DNA from: an uncultured bacterium
Lineage (GTDB): Bacteria; Patescibacteriota; Saccharimonadia; Saccharimonadales; Saccharimonadaceae
Assembly (NCBI GenBank): GCA_966210935.1
Contig: CBIHLX010000001.1
Location: 1 to 48,193 of the forward strand
Direction of reading: 5' to 3'
DNA length: 48,193 nt
In this document: positions 28,750-37,729 of the stretch, in pieces
Layout: every line of letters begins with the position of its first letter
Position numbering within the stretch: the first letter of the stretch is position 1
Made by a program: the position numbers and the translations under genes
The notes under the pieces: model-generated
Seen by the model: only the letters and a program-made list of their open reading frames with translations
What the model was told of the DNA's origin: nothing
Databases searched by the model: none

Positions 28750-30864
28750 CTAAAGCTTTTCAAGACGCGCATATTCTATATTGAGCTTTTTTGTCTGCCC
28801 ACTTGAAAAAGCAATTGTCACGGCCATGCCATCAACATCGACTACCTCGCCAATACCGAACTGCGCCGAACGGACTCCGTCACCCACATCGAGTCCAGGC
28901 CCATCCATATACTCATCAAAGTCATCGTTATTACGCGAAAATGACGGCTGCGTCATGCGAGCGACTTCATGTCCCATATCGCTCAAGAAACGCGAAGGCG
29001 CATTATAGCCACGCTGTCCAAACTGCAGACGGCTGCTTGCATAACTAAGGTGCAGCTCCTGGCGAGCGCGTGTCATCCCGACGTAGCAGAGCCGCCTCTC
29101 CTCTTCAAGTTCACTCGGACCCGCTTCATAAACACGCGAATGTGGAAAAATACCCTCTTCCATCCCCACCATAAAGACCACCGGAAATTCCAAGCCTTTT
29201 GCAGCATGGATGGTCATGAGTGTTACCTTTTCAGTGTCACTGCTTGTGTCCGCACTCGACATCAACGCGACCTCCTCAAGGTAATCGGGTAGTGTTAAAA
29301 AGGCCTTGGCATCAGAAATTAAGGCACCTAGGTTTGCTTCACGCTCCTCAGCCTGCGGTGTGCCATCCAAAATAAAGTCACGATAGCCGGTCGCAATAAT
29401 TAGCTCTTCTATGATGTCGCTCGGCGACGCTTGCTGCTCAATCTTGATCTGCAGGTGGCGCAGTGTCGAGCCCAGTTTTGCAAGTGCCAGCTTAGCACGT
29501 GGCGTCAATGTGCTTGTTTGCCCTGCATTAACAAGGCTCGATATAATATCCATCCCATTGCCAGCTTGCCAAATCATAAATTTCTCGAGACTTGTCGCGC
29601 CGACACCGCGGGTTGGCGTATTGACGATGCGGCTAAAGCTCATGCGGTCATTCGGCTGATACAGCAGACGAAGATACGCGACGATGTCTTTAATCTCCTT
29701 ACGGTCATAAAAGCGCACGCCACCAATGATTTGATACGGTACCCTTTGCTGCAAAAGCGCACGCTCCAAGGTATAACTCTGAGCGTTTGTGCGATATAAA
29801 ATAGCAAACTCTCCATAACGTCGCGCACCAATAGCCGCTTGAGCGCCAATACGACTGGCTACCGTATACGCCTCTTCGGCCTCGTCGTAATTACCGTGCA
29901 CTTGCACTGGTGAGCCGGTCGGCTCGGCCGTCCAAAGCTTTTTGTCACTCCGTTGGAGATTCTTAGATATGACATTATGTGCGGCTTCCAGAATAGCGCC
30001 GGTACTGCGGTAATTTTGCTCCAACTTAATAATTGTCGCCCCAGGAAAGTCGCGTTCGAAGTTAAGAATATTTGTAAAGTCAGCCCCGCGCCAGCTATAG
30101 ATCGACTGCCAGTCATCACCCACCACACAAATATTACGCTCTTCGCCAACAAGCTGCTTTACAATCGCATACTGAGCGGCGTTTGTGTCCTGATACTCAT
30201 CGATCAAGATATGCTTAAATTGTGCCCGCCATTTAGCGCGCGCGTCGGGATAGTTAGCAAAGAGTCGGACCGTCTCTGTCAAAAGATCATCAAAATCCAG
30301 TGCACCCGCCTCTTGGCGCATCTTTTCGTATAGCGTATAAATACGCGCTACTTCCTGCTGGAACGGATAGTTCGCACTCGCTGTAAATTCATCAGGAGTC
30401 ACTAATTCATTTTTAGCATTTGAGATTAGTCCTGAGACAGCCTGCGGCTTAATCTGCTTATCGGCAATCGACAGCTGCTTCATCGCTTGCTTAATCAAGC
30501 CTTGGCGGTCGTCTTCATCATAAATAACAAAGTTAGGAGCGATACCGAGCGTTCCACCCTCCTGTCGTAACAAGCGCACACAAATACCATGAAATGTCCC
30601 CATCCATGGCATGAAGCTACGTGACGAGCTGTCCTGGCCAAGGAGATGACCAAGACGTTCGCGCATCTCACGAGCCGCTTTGTTTGTAAATGTAACGGCC
30701 AGAATTTCATTCGGCCACACGCCCTCATTTGCAATAAGATAGGCAATTCGGTGGGTAAGCGTCTTTGTTTTACCGCTACCAGCGCCTGCTAAAATCAGCA
30801 AAGGCCCATGCGTCTGCTGCACAGCCCTCGCCTGCTCTTCATTTAGCCCCTCAAGTAACGTCAT
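28750..30864 (-). CDS. pcrA: ATP-dependent DNA helicase PcrA/UvrD (SF1)
   Basis: LNEEQARAV, AGAGSGKTKTL (Walker A), ILIDEYQDTN, VVGDDWQSIYSWRGA, TIHAAKGLEF and YVGMTRAR. Start chosen at ATG 30864, 5 nt after the upstream ORF. The ORF track extends to 30948. Confidence 0.9.
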   Translation of the reverse strand: MTLLEGLNEEQARAVQQTHGPLLILAGAGSGKTKTLTHRIAYLIANEGVWPNEILAVTFTNKAAREMRERLGHLLGQDSSSRSFMPWMGTFHGICVRLLRQEGGTLGIAPNFVIYDEDDRQGLIKQAMKQLSIADKQIKPQAVSGLISNAKNELVTPDEFTASANYPFQQEVARIYTLYEKMRQEAGALDFDDLLTETVRLFANYPDARAKWRAQFKHILIDEYQDTNAAQYAIVKQLVGEERNICVVGDDWQSIYSWRGADFTNILNFERDFPGATIIKLEQNYRSTGAILEAAHNVISKNLQRSDKKLWTAEPTGSPVQVHGNYDEAEEAYTVASRIGAQAAIGARRYGEFAILYRTNAQSYTLERALLQQRVPYQIIGGVRFYDRKEIKDIVAYLRLLYQPNDRMSFSRIVNTPTRGVGATSLEKFMIWQAGNGMDIISSLVNAGQTSTLTPRAKLALAKLGSTLRHLQIKIEQQASPSDIIEELIIATGYRDFILDGTPQAEEREANLGALISDAKAFLTLPDYLEEVALMSSADTSSDTEKVTLMTIHAAKGLEFPVVFMVGMEEGIFPHSRVYEAGPSELEEERRLCYVGMTRARQELHLSYASSRLQFGQRGYNAPSRFLSDMGHEVARMTQPSFSRNNDDFDEYMDGPGLDVGDGVRSAQFGIGEVVDVDGMAVTIAFSSGQTKKLNIEYARLEKL

Positions 30865-30869
30865 TATGT

Positions 30870-32009
30870 CTATTGTAACAGATAGAGATAGGCGAGCGCA
30901 CCACCCCCTGCACCAAGAAGTAGCAACACTAACACCCACACCACCCATAGCCAGCCAGTTCGCTTTTTTGCTGGATGCTCAAGTGGCTGATGGTATGTGT
31001 CAGTATCATAAATTGAGCCGGTTGTTTGATCACCAGTGCTCGGCGCTTCGCGGTACTGCTGCGGAATGGATACAGCACCTGTCGAAGAGGCAGCAGAAAC
31101 TGCAGCAGTAATCGGCGTTGCAGCCGGTGTAACAAATGATTTCTCGGCAACGACTGCCTTGACTGGCTGTGTCGCAACTTCCGGCATGGCAGACTCGGAA
31201 ATTACATTGCCAGCAGTCGTGTCGGACTCAATCGCCATCAGGTCACCCTGAAGCTCCTCGGGCAGAACTACCGCATCAGCAGGAGCCTGCACATCGTCAC
31301 GCGATTCGCCTACTTCTTCTTGTTCAGTAGTGTCAAGAGCATGTGCCTCAAGCATCAGCTCCGGAACCGGGCCGCCAAGCGGGCGCTTCTCAACCTTTGC
31401 GTCAGCTAAAAATGGCGAACTTAGTGGCTCGATCTGCTCAGTCTTAGCTAGCGCCTCATCAAGAGCCTGCTCTTGGTCGACCTCGTCATCGGAGGCGCTA
31501 CTCGCATTATTAAATTCAAGTGGGTCAGGCCAATCACGCACTTCCGCTACATCTGCAACGATGTCAGATTCCTGACTATCGTGCGTCACTGGTACTATCT
31601 CTTCGGTAGATACAACATGCGCTACGGTCTCCTCCGCAGGGCTGGCGAGTGGCTCAAGTGTTACACCTTGGCGTGATACACCGAGCGTTGAGCTCGCCTT
31701 TCTTTGCGTCGAAGCGGAAGGGTGAATCACATCCATGAAGCGACCGCTACGACGAGCAGCAGGGGCGACCGAACGGAACTGCTCACGAGACTCAGACGGA
31801 ACCGCACTCGTCACCGGGTCGGCTGAAGAAGCTAGAGCAACAGGCTCAGTAACGTCAACAGGCAGCTGTGGCATCTTGTCGTCGGTTAGTGTCGGTGTGA
31901 TCGTCAGCGTCTTGACATCATCTTGCTTTGCAGGCTCAGTCGCCTTCGGGACATTACCCATCAGCGTATTTACCGCTCGATCAAGTTCGTCAAAATCAAA
32001 TTCTTTCAT
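30870..32009 (-). CDS. Hypothetical acidic, low-complexity (Ala/Ser/Thr/Pro/Glu/Asp-rich) protein with a C-terminal TM anchor
   Basis: 379 aa. MKEFDFDELDRAVNTLMG N-terminus, a long disordered-looking acidic region, and terminal KKRTGWLWVVWVLVLLLLGAGGGALAYLYLLQ. Confidence 0.6.
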   Translation of the reverse strand: MKEFDFDELDRAVNTLMGNVPKATEPAKQDDVKTLTITPTLTDDKMPQLPVDVTEPVALASSADPVTSAVPSESREQFRSVAPAARRSGRFMDVIHPSASTQRKASSTLGVSRQGVTLEPLASPAEETVAHVVSTEEIVPVTHDSQESDIVADVAEVRDWPDPLEFNNASSASDDEVDQEQALDEALAKTEQIEPLSSPFLADAKVEKRPLGGPVPELMLEAHALDTTEQEEVGESRDDVQAPADAVVLPEELQGDLMAIESDTTAGNVISESAMPEVATQPVKAVVAEKSFVTPAATPITAAVSAASSTGAVSIPQQYREAPSTGDQTTGSIYDTDTYHQPLEHPAKKRTGWLWVVWVLVLLLLGAGGGALAYLYLLQ

Positions 32010-32016
32010 ACCACCC

Positions 32017-32799
32017 CTAATTCTTCGCTACTGCCGTGCTCTGATGTGCCTTGTTAATAATTTCTGTAAATTCATGTGCATCGAGGCTCGCACCACCAAC
32101 AAGTAGTCCGTTAATCCCCTCTATTGCCAAATAATCAGCCGCGCTTGCTGCCTTCACGCTGCCGCCGTACAAAATTCGCACTGTCTTTGACGCTTGCGCA
32201 CCGTACAAGTGCTTGATCTGACTACGGATCGCCTTGACTGCGGCCACAACATCACCAGGAAGCGCGTTGTCACCGGTTCCAATTGCCCAAACTGGTTCAT
32301 AGGCAATCACAATACGCTCTAGCTCATCACTAGTAACGTTGGCAAGGCCACCAACCAGCTGGTCGTGGATAATATCATTCGTCTCACCCCAGGCACGCTC
32401 ACTGGCGGTTTCTCCGATACAAAGAATAGGCGTAATATGGTTGCGCAGTGCAGCTTGAACTTTATTGCGTGTATCTTTATCGGTTTCGTTGAAAATATGC
32501 CGTCGCTCAGAATGGCCAACTAATGCATAGTTGACGATACCATGTAGCTGCGCGGCTGATACTTCACCAGTAAAAGCACCGTGGTCACGCCAGTAAAGAT
32601 TCTGGACCGCCAGCTTAAACTGACGGCGATCTACCTGAAGACTGAGCGATTGGAGGGCGAGCAGTGTTGGCGCCAGCACCACCTCGACGTCACGACGAAC
32701 CTTCACCATGCCCGCAAGTTTATGCAAATATAAACTCGCTTCCTGAGTTGTCAGGTTCATTTTCCAGTTGCCGACAATGAGTTTTTTGTCTGTTGTCAT
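32017..32799 (-). CDS. tpiA: Triosephosphate isomerase
   Basis: LIVGNWKMN, VGHSERR, AYEPVWAIGTG and YGGSV motifs. Start at the internal ATG 32799; the ORF track extends to 32820. Confidence 0.9.
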   Translation of the reverse strand: MTTDKKLIVGNWKMNLTTQEASLYLHKLAGMVKVRRDVEVVLAPTLLALQSLSLQVDRRQFKLAVQNLYWRDHGAFTGEVSAAQLHGIVNYALVGHSERRHIFNETDKDTRNKVQAALRNHITPILCIGETASERAWGETNDIIHDQLVGGLANVTSDELERIVIAYEPVWAIGTGDNALPGDVVAAVKAIRSQIKHLYGAQASKTVRILYGGSVKAASAADYLAIEGINGLLVGGASLDAHEFTEIINKAHQSTAVAKN

Positions 32800-32834
32800 A
32801 ATTCTTATGCTTCTTTGCACTTAGTGTATATTAA

Positions 32835-34061
32835 TTATTTCCGAGCGTCTAGCAGACTTTCTATCCCAGGCAGTTTTTCACCGGCCATTAGCTCCAAACT
32901 CGCTCCGCCACCGGTAGAGACATGCGAGAAACTGTCACCCTTGCGAGCATCCCAATTCAACGCAAAATCCGCCGTGTCACCTCCGCCAATAATTGAGGTG
33001 ATCTGTGGATGAGTCGCCAGCGCAAGCGCGAGGCGCGCCGAACCGTGAGAAAAGTTCGGTAGCTCCGCATACCCAAGCGTACCGTTCCAGATAACCGTTT
33101 TTGCATCGTCGATCGACTTAACAAGATGAGCGATTGATTCCGCGCCAACATCCAGCGCAATATCATGTGCGCCCACTGTATCTACTCGCACTTCACGACG
33201 AGCGGCATTTTCATCAATCTTATCGGCCACCGCTAAATCAGATGGTAAAACGATCAGGTCATCTACCTTATCAGAGCCAACTTTTGCTTGAGCGGCAGCA
33301 TAAATTTCATCAATAACCTGCCCTTGGTCGGCTTCAACCTTACTCTTCCCCAGATTGGCGCCACGATGCGCAAGCATAGTATTGGCCATCGCCCCACCGA
33401 TAACAACAGTGTCGGCAACTTCAATAAAACGCTTTACGAGCGCAATCTTATCGCTCACCTTTGCTCCGCCCATTACTGCCACAAGTGGACGCTTTGGCGC
33501 CTTCATGGCGCCTGTAATTGAAGTGTACTCTCGCTCAAGGAGCAACCCCGCAACACTCGGCAGAAGCATAGTAATAGCCGCGGTGCTAGTATGAGCGCGG
33601 TGTACGACACCAAAACCATCCTGCACAAAATATCGCGCACCACTGGCTTTGGCAAGTTCGCGAGCAAATCCTTCATCATTTGCTTCTTCACGAGCATCAA
33701 AGCGAAGATTTTCAAGCACAATCACACTGCGCTTCGGGGCGCGCTTAATTGCCATCATCGCCTTGTCGCCAACCGTCCGATCAACAAAACGCACCGATTC
33801 GCCAAGCAGCTGAGCCAAGCGAGCGGCAATTGGCTCTAAACTTAATGACTCGTCGCGACCCTCCGGACGACCGAGATGACTAATGACTACTACTTTACAA
33901 CCATCTTTTAGAAGCTGCTTCACTGTTGGGAGACTTGCTCGAATACGGAAGTCGTCAGCAATCGTGCCATCGCTATGTAGTGGCACATTATAATCTGCCC
34001 GCAGCAAAACAGTCTGCCCCTGCAGCGGTACTGTTTTAATTGTCTGTTTAAAAAACGTCAT
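32835..34061 (-). CDS. pgk: Phosphoglycerate kinase
   Basis: 408 aa. LRADYNVP, SHLGRP, MGGAKVSDKI and STGGGASLE motifs. Confidence 0.95.
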   Translation of the reverse strand: MTFFKQTIKTVPLQGQTVLLRADYNVPLHSDGTIADDFRIRASLPTVKQLLKDGCKVVVISHLGRPEGRDESLSLEPIAARLAQLLGESVRFVDRTVGDKAMMAIKRAPKRSVIVLENLRFDAREEANDEGFARELAKASGARYFVQDGFGVVHRAHTSTAAITMLLPSVAGLLLEREYTSITGAMKAPKRPLVAVMGGAKVSDKIALVKRFIEVADTVVIGGAMANTMLAHRGANLGKSKVEADQGQVIDEIYAAAQAKVGSDKVDDLIVLPSDLAVADKIDENAARREVRVDTVGAHDIALDVGAESIAHLVKSIDDAKTVIWNGTLGYAELPNFSHGSARLALALATHPQITSIIGGGDTADFALNWDARKGDSFSHVSTGGGASLELMAGEKLPGIESLLDARK

Positions 34062-34110
34062 CCCACCCCCGTACGTTTATCTGTTGCTCTTATAATACCG
34101 GGAAGCCGAG

Positions 34111-34136
34111 GGAAATGAAAGACAGCTTTCATTTCC
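34111..34136 (-). terminator. Stable hairpin between pyk and pgk, possibly a partial terminator or mRNA stability element
   Basis: GGAAATGAAAG / loop ACAG / CTTTCATTTCC, an 11-bp stem. There is no clear U-tract, so the function is uncertain. Confidence 0.35.
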
Positions 34137-34161
34137 GAGGCAACCCCGTACTACAATCTAT

Positions 34162-35583
34162 TTACGACTCAAGGACACGAACGCGAATTGTATCAGTCGC
34201 GCCAACAAGTCCTGGCTGGCGACCACTGACGATCGCAACCGTGACAACTTCTTCGTCACCAAAGTAGCCTTCAGCCTTAAGCTCCTTGGCTAGCTCGTAA
34301 CCAGCCTTTTCACCGTCTGGGCGAACATAGCTACGGTTTGCATAGCTGAGTGCCAGCTGCTGCGCAGCGCGCGGTGTACTTGTCACGCTAATGATAGGCA
34401 TGTTCGGACGGTGAGCAGCGATATTCGCGGCCGTTGAGCCCGACTTAGTTTCACAAATGATAGCATCAACCTTCAGCTGTTCAGCAAGACTGACAGCGGC
34501 TGCGCTAATTGCATCCTGCTGGTGGTTCTTCACATCAATATCGTGAATCGGGTTCACTGTTGCGTTGTCCTGAGTATAAAGAATCACCTTCTTCATGGCT
34601 GCAACCGTCTGAAGCGGGTACTGGCCGTTAGCAGTTTCATCAGAAAGCATCACAGTGTCTGCACCCTGGATCACGGCGTTGGCAACGTCACTTACTTCAG
34701 CACGAGTTGGCTCAGGTGCGTCAACCATGCTTGCCATCATCTGCGTCGCAACGATGCTGAGCTTACCGTACTTGCGGCAAAGTGCAATGATTCTGCGCTG
34801 AACGATTGGCACCACTTCAGCACCAGCCTCAACAGCGAGGTCACCACGAGCAACCATGATGCCGTCACTAACTTTAACAATCTCTTCAAGTGTCGCTGGC
34901 TCAATTGCTGCCTTAGTTTCGATCTTTGCAATAATTTGCGCAGTCGAGCCGAGGCCAACCAGGATCTGACGCAGGTTGTTGATATCGTCAGGTGACTGCA
35001 CGAAGCTCAATGCTACGTAATCGATATCCTTCGTCGCGCCATACTCAACATCCTTAAGATCCTTTGGAGTCAAGATATCACCACCGAAATCAGTATCAGG
35101 CAGGTTAATACCCTTACGGCTCATCAGTGTACCGGCGTTTTCGACGCGGACCTTAATAGCAGTTTCAGAAGTCTTCTCAAGAACCGTCGTACGAATCTTG
35201 CCGTCAAAGATATAGAGCGGTTCACCTGGCTGTACTTTTTCAGCCAAGTTGTACTGAACTGGAAGCGTGTGGCTACCGTCATGCTCAGCGGCGTGGTCAA
35301 GAATTAGCTCAACACCTGCTTCAACATGAATATTTTCGATCAAATTGCCGAGGCGGATCTTTGGACCCTGTAGATCCTGAAGGATCGCAACCGGCTTGCC
35401 AAGATCGGCACTCGCCTGACGGATCCACGCAAGCTGCTCGTCGCGCTCTTCGTAGCTACCGTGGCTAAAGTTAAGACGAAAACCGTTAACACCAGCTTGC
35501 GCAAGCGCCTTGATTGATTCGTAATTGCTCGTTGGTGGCCCCAATGTGGCCAAGATTTTGGTACGTTTAAAAATAACACTCAT
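34162..35583 (-). CDS. pyk: Pyruvate kinase
   Basis: 473 aa. TKILATLGP, FRLNFSHG, DLQGPKIR, MVARGDL and ATQMM motifs. Confidence 0.95.
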   Translation of the reverse strand: MSVIFKRTKILATLGPPTSNYESIKALAQAGVNGFRLNFSHGSYEERDEQLAWIRQASADLGKPVAILQDLQGPKIRLGNLIENIHVEAGVELILDHAAEHDGSHTLPVQYNLAEKVQPGEPLYIFDGKIRTTVLEKTSETAIKVRVENAGTLMSRKGINLPDTDFGGDILTPKDLKDVEYGATKDIDYVALSFVQSPDDINNLRQILVGLGSTAQIIAKIETKAAIEPATLEEIVKVSDGIMVARGDLAVEAGAEVVPIVQRRIIALCRKYGKLSIVATQMMASMVDAPEPTRAEVSDVANAVIQGADTVMLSDETANGQYPLQTVAAMKKVILYTQDNATVNPIHDIDVKNHQQDAISAAAVSLAEQLKVDAIICETKSGSTAANIAAHRPNMPIISVTSTPRAAQQLALSYANRSYVRPDGEKAGYELAKELKAEGYFGDEEVVTVAIVSGRQPGLVGATDTIRVRVLES

Positions 35584-35604
35584 AAAGTCTAGTGTACCAC
35601 CGTT

Positions 35605-36612
35605 TTACAGATTGAGCACCCCATCTTCAACTTGTGAACGAAAATGCCAAATACCACGCGCTTCTGTTTTATATGTCCAATAAAACCAACCAAGCGCTTG
35701 AGTATATACCCCCGCCTGGAGTGCCCCATGGCGACGAAAGGCTTCTTCCTCGGTCAATAAACCTTTGCGGCTCAGTGCTTTTTGCGACAGTACGACGCTC
35801 CATTCGCCCACAATGATGGGTTGATGAAATTTTTCTAGACGATGAATAAGCCCTACACGCCGACCAACACGCGCAAAGTACCGCGCCAACGATTCGAATC
35901 GCTCCCACATATTGCCGAACTGATACCAATGAATATCCATCACAACCGGAAAGTCGGGGTCGGCAAGAATCGCGCCCGAAAGCAGCCGTGGCGTGAAAGC
36001 ATCGTGAAAAACAATGTGCGTACCGGGGCGAGCTACCTTGACCAGCCGCTCATACGCCTCCCGATAAAATCGTCGCAGAGTGAAGTGAAATATACCAATT
36101 TTTGGCTCATTTAAAAGCTCGACTCCCCATACTGCGGGCTGATCTTTATAGTGCGTCGCAAGGCGCTCAAGAAACGTAATTGTTTTATCGCGACACTTTC
36201 TATCCTTGAACCAGTCAGCGTTACCAACTTTGCCGCTATGGTCTTTGCCGTTTTGCGAGCCCGGTGCGCCATGAAGACACAGGAGAACCTTTAGGTCGTA
36301 CTTTGTTGCCATTTCGACCGCCCAATCTAGCCGCTCAATACTCCCCACATATGGCGGCTCGTCACCAAAAAGCCAGTAACCAACAGGAATACGTACCGCG
36401 GTTACCCCATTCGAGGCCATCCACTGAAAGTCTTCTTCAGTGATAAATGTCTTATGATGCTCGGCGATCTTATCAGCAGCCCCTGGTGCCTGCATGAAGG
36501 CATATTCATCCTTAGCGGATGTACCCACAAACAGCGTCGGCGTCATCCAGCGCTCCAACAGCAGCCAGCCTCCTAGATTTACACCGCGTAGTGACTCGTT
36601 TCGTACATGCAT
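35605..36612 (-). CDS. Glycoside hydrolase family 5 (exo-beta-1,3-glucanase/cellulase-like)
   Basis: 335 aa. GVNLGGWLLLERWMTP start. ELLNEP (acid/base Glu) and IIVGEWS (nucleophile Glu), characteristic of GH5. Confidence 0.85.
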   Translation of the reverse strand: MHVRNESLRGVNLGGWLLLERWMTPTLFVGTSAKDEYAFMQAPGAADKIAEHHKTFITEEDFQWMASNGVTAVRIPVGYWLFGDEPPYVGSIERLDWAVEMATKYDLKVLLCLHGAPGSQNGKDHSGKVGNADWFKDRKCRDKTITFLERLATHYKDQPAVWGVELLNEPKIGIFHFTLRRFYREAYERLVKVARPGTHIVFHDAFTPRLLSGAILADPDFPVVMDIHWYQFGNMWERFESLARYFARVGRRVGLIHRLEKFHQPIIVGEWSVVLSQKALSRKGLLTEEEAFRRHGALQAGVYTQALGWFYWTYKTEARGIWHFRSQVEDGVLNL

Positions 36613-36698
36613 ACTCCCTATTTTAACGTTTTAATCTTAAAAATGCCCGCACACCCCTAGTCAAAGTCATAATTTTCTGCTATGATTGTTGAGTTGTT

Positions 36699-36773
36699 GG
36701 TCTCATCGTCTAACGGTTAGGACACCAGGTTTTCATCCTGGCAATCGGAGTTCGATTCTCCGTGAGATCACCA
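36699..36773 (+). tRNA. tRNA-Glu (anticodon UUC), CCA encoded
   Basis: Hand-folded cloverleaf. Acceptor GGTCTCA/TGAGATC (one G-U). D arm GTCT-AACGGTTA-GGAC. Anticodon stem CCAGG/CCTGG with loop TTTTCAT. T arm CGGAG-TTCGATT-CTCCG. Discriminator A plus CCA. Candidate promoter TAGTCA-17-TATGAT upstream. Confidence 0.9.
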
Positions 36774-36780
36774 AGAAAAA

Positions 36781-36806
36781 TACCTATCCTCGTGATGGGT
36801 ATTTTT
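36781..36806 (+). terminator. Intrinsic terminator after tRNA-Glu (core of a longer 14-bp palindrome 36771..36811 that includes the CCA end)
   Basis: TACCTATC / loop CTCGT / GATGGGTA, followed by TTTTT. The outer arms CCAAGAAAAATACC / GGTATTTTTCTTGG are perfectly complementary. Confidence 0.6.
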
Positions 36807-36878
36807 CTTGGTTAGTTCCCATGGCATCAATAAACGCGGTACGGCAGGCTGATTGTATCTTGATTATATTTGACCAAT

Positions 36879-36945
36879 AAAAAAACACCTGCTTAAGGTG
36901 CCTTATGCGGCAGGGTGTGGAACTCTTTCGATCCACACCCTGCCG
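36879..36945 (-). terminator. Tandem hairpins ending the minus-strand small-ORF operon
   Basis: A 14-bp perfect stem CGGCAGGGTGTGGA / TCCACACCCTGCCG (36908..36945). On the minus strand a second small hairpin CACCT/AGGTG follows, then T7 (36885..36879). Confidence 0.55.
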
Positions 36946-36952
36946 CGGGTGA

Positions 36953-37126
36953 CTAGGCGGCCGGTGCCATTGGGTCTACCATGTCTCCATCCCAAGCCGG
37001 AGGCTCGAATGAAATCTGGCAGACTTGGCGGCGTTCGTTCGCCCCTACAACCATCTTCTCCCCAAGAGGAGAAGCCAGTGGCTTAGAGAAGGGCTTGTCC
37101 AGCGTAACTTCGATCTGAATCTCCAT
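36953..37126 (-). CDS. Unannotated small ORF (57 aa, acidic), translationally coupled to the upstream ORF
   Basis: My translation: MEIQIEVTLDKPFSKPLASPLGEKMVVGANERRQVCQISFEPPAWDGDMVDPMAPAA*. Its ATG overlaps the upstream stop as TAATG at 37124..37128. It falls below the 60-aa cutoff of the ORF track. No family recognised. Confidence 0.35.
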   Translation of the reverse strand: MEIQIEVTLDKPFSKPLASPLGEKMVVGANERRQVCQISFEPPAWDGDMVDPMAPAA

Positions 37127-37476
37127 TACGCGACAGCCCCCTCTCGGACACTGGACTGCTGAAAGCGCTTGTGCGCCTCAATGGCCAGGTGGGTGCGACG
37201 AGCGGGGTTTGTCCTCGGATCCATCCGCAGCCCGCTGCAAATGTCGGTGATCCGAAGCTCCTCAGTAGTGATCAAGAATTCAATCGCTACGTCGGTGGCC
37301 GATGCTCGCCCAGGAACAAGTCCCGGGCTCATTTCAATGCGCCGCACGAGTTCGCGCTGCGCAACTTCGCAAGACAAGTCGAGACCAACTGCCAGCCTCT
37401 TCAGTCGGCTCACCTCGGGTTGCCCAAGCAACCTGTCATGATTCGATTGAGTTGGCTGTGCGGTAGAACGTGACAT
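37126..37476 (-). CDS. Hypothetical basic protein (116 aa), possible DNA-binding/regulatory protein
   Basis: ORF track gives 37126..37536. I prefer the ATG at 37476, which has GGGGAAGG about 10 nt upstream. The candidate promoter lies at 37566..37594. No family recognised. Confidence 0.5.
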   Translation of the reverse strand: MSRSTAQPTQSNHDRLLGQPEVSRLKRLAVGLDLSCEVAQRELVRRIEMSPGLVPGRASATDVAIEFLITTEELRITDICSGLRMDPRTNPARRTHLAIEAHKRFQQSSVREGAVA

Positions 37477-37565
37477 ATCTATACTGCCTTCCCCATAGTC
37501 CCCATCTATAGCTACCATGCGGCAACCATAGCCCATGTACGTCTGAGCACGTATATGGTATTTCG

Positions 37566-37594
37566 TTTATACGCCCATTGACATAACAAGTCAA
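37566..37594 (-). promoter_or_regulatory. Candidate promoter for the 116-aa/57-aa operon, with an inverted repeat over the -35
   Basis: Minus strand TTGACT (37594..37589), 17-nt spacer, TATAAA (37571..37566). TTGAC-N7-GTCAA inverted repeat (plus-strand TTGACataacaaGTCAA) overlaps the -35. Confidence 0.45.
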
Positions 37595-37695
37595 TCATTT
37601 TTTTGTAGTAATCTTATGTTCAATGTTTTATAAGGGTTATCACACCTTAGTCTCCAATACTGCTTGTGCTTTTATTAGCAATGTTGCATAAAGTA

Positions 37696-37724
37696 TTGAC
37701 ATTTCTTAACTTTTATGGTAAGTT
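37696..37724 (+). promoter_or_regulatory. Candidate promoter for the membrane-protein/lipoprotein operon
   Basis: TTGACA (37696..37701), 17-nt spacer, TAAGTT (37719..37724). Confidence 0.5.
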
Positions 37725-37729
37725 TAGGA

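Noticed and set aside
36699-36773. Whether the tRNA next to the island could be a suppressor explaining the GAA->TAA change in uvrA.
   Set aside because: The anticodon loop reads TTTTCAT, giving the anticodon UUC. This is a normal tRNA-Glu, not a UUA suppressor.
36898-37086. 62-aa plus-strand ORF just after tRNA-Glu.
   Set aside because: It runs through the 14-bp terminator hairpin. It has no SD and gives a Pro/Arg/Gly-rich nonsense-like product. The opposite strand carries a better-supported coupled small ORF.
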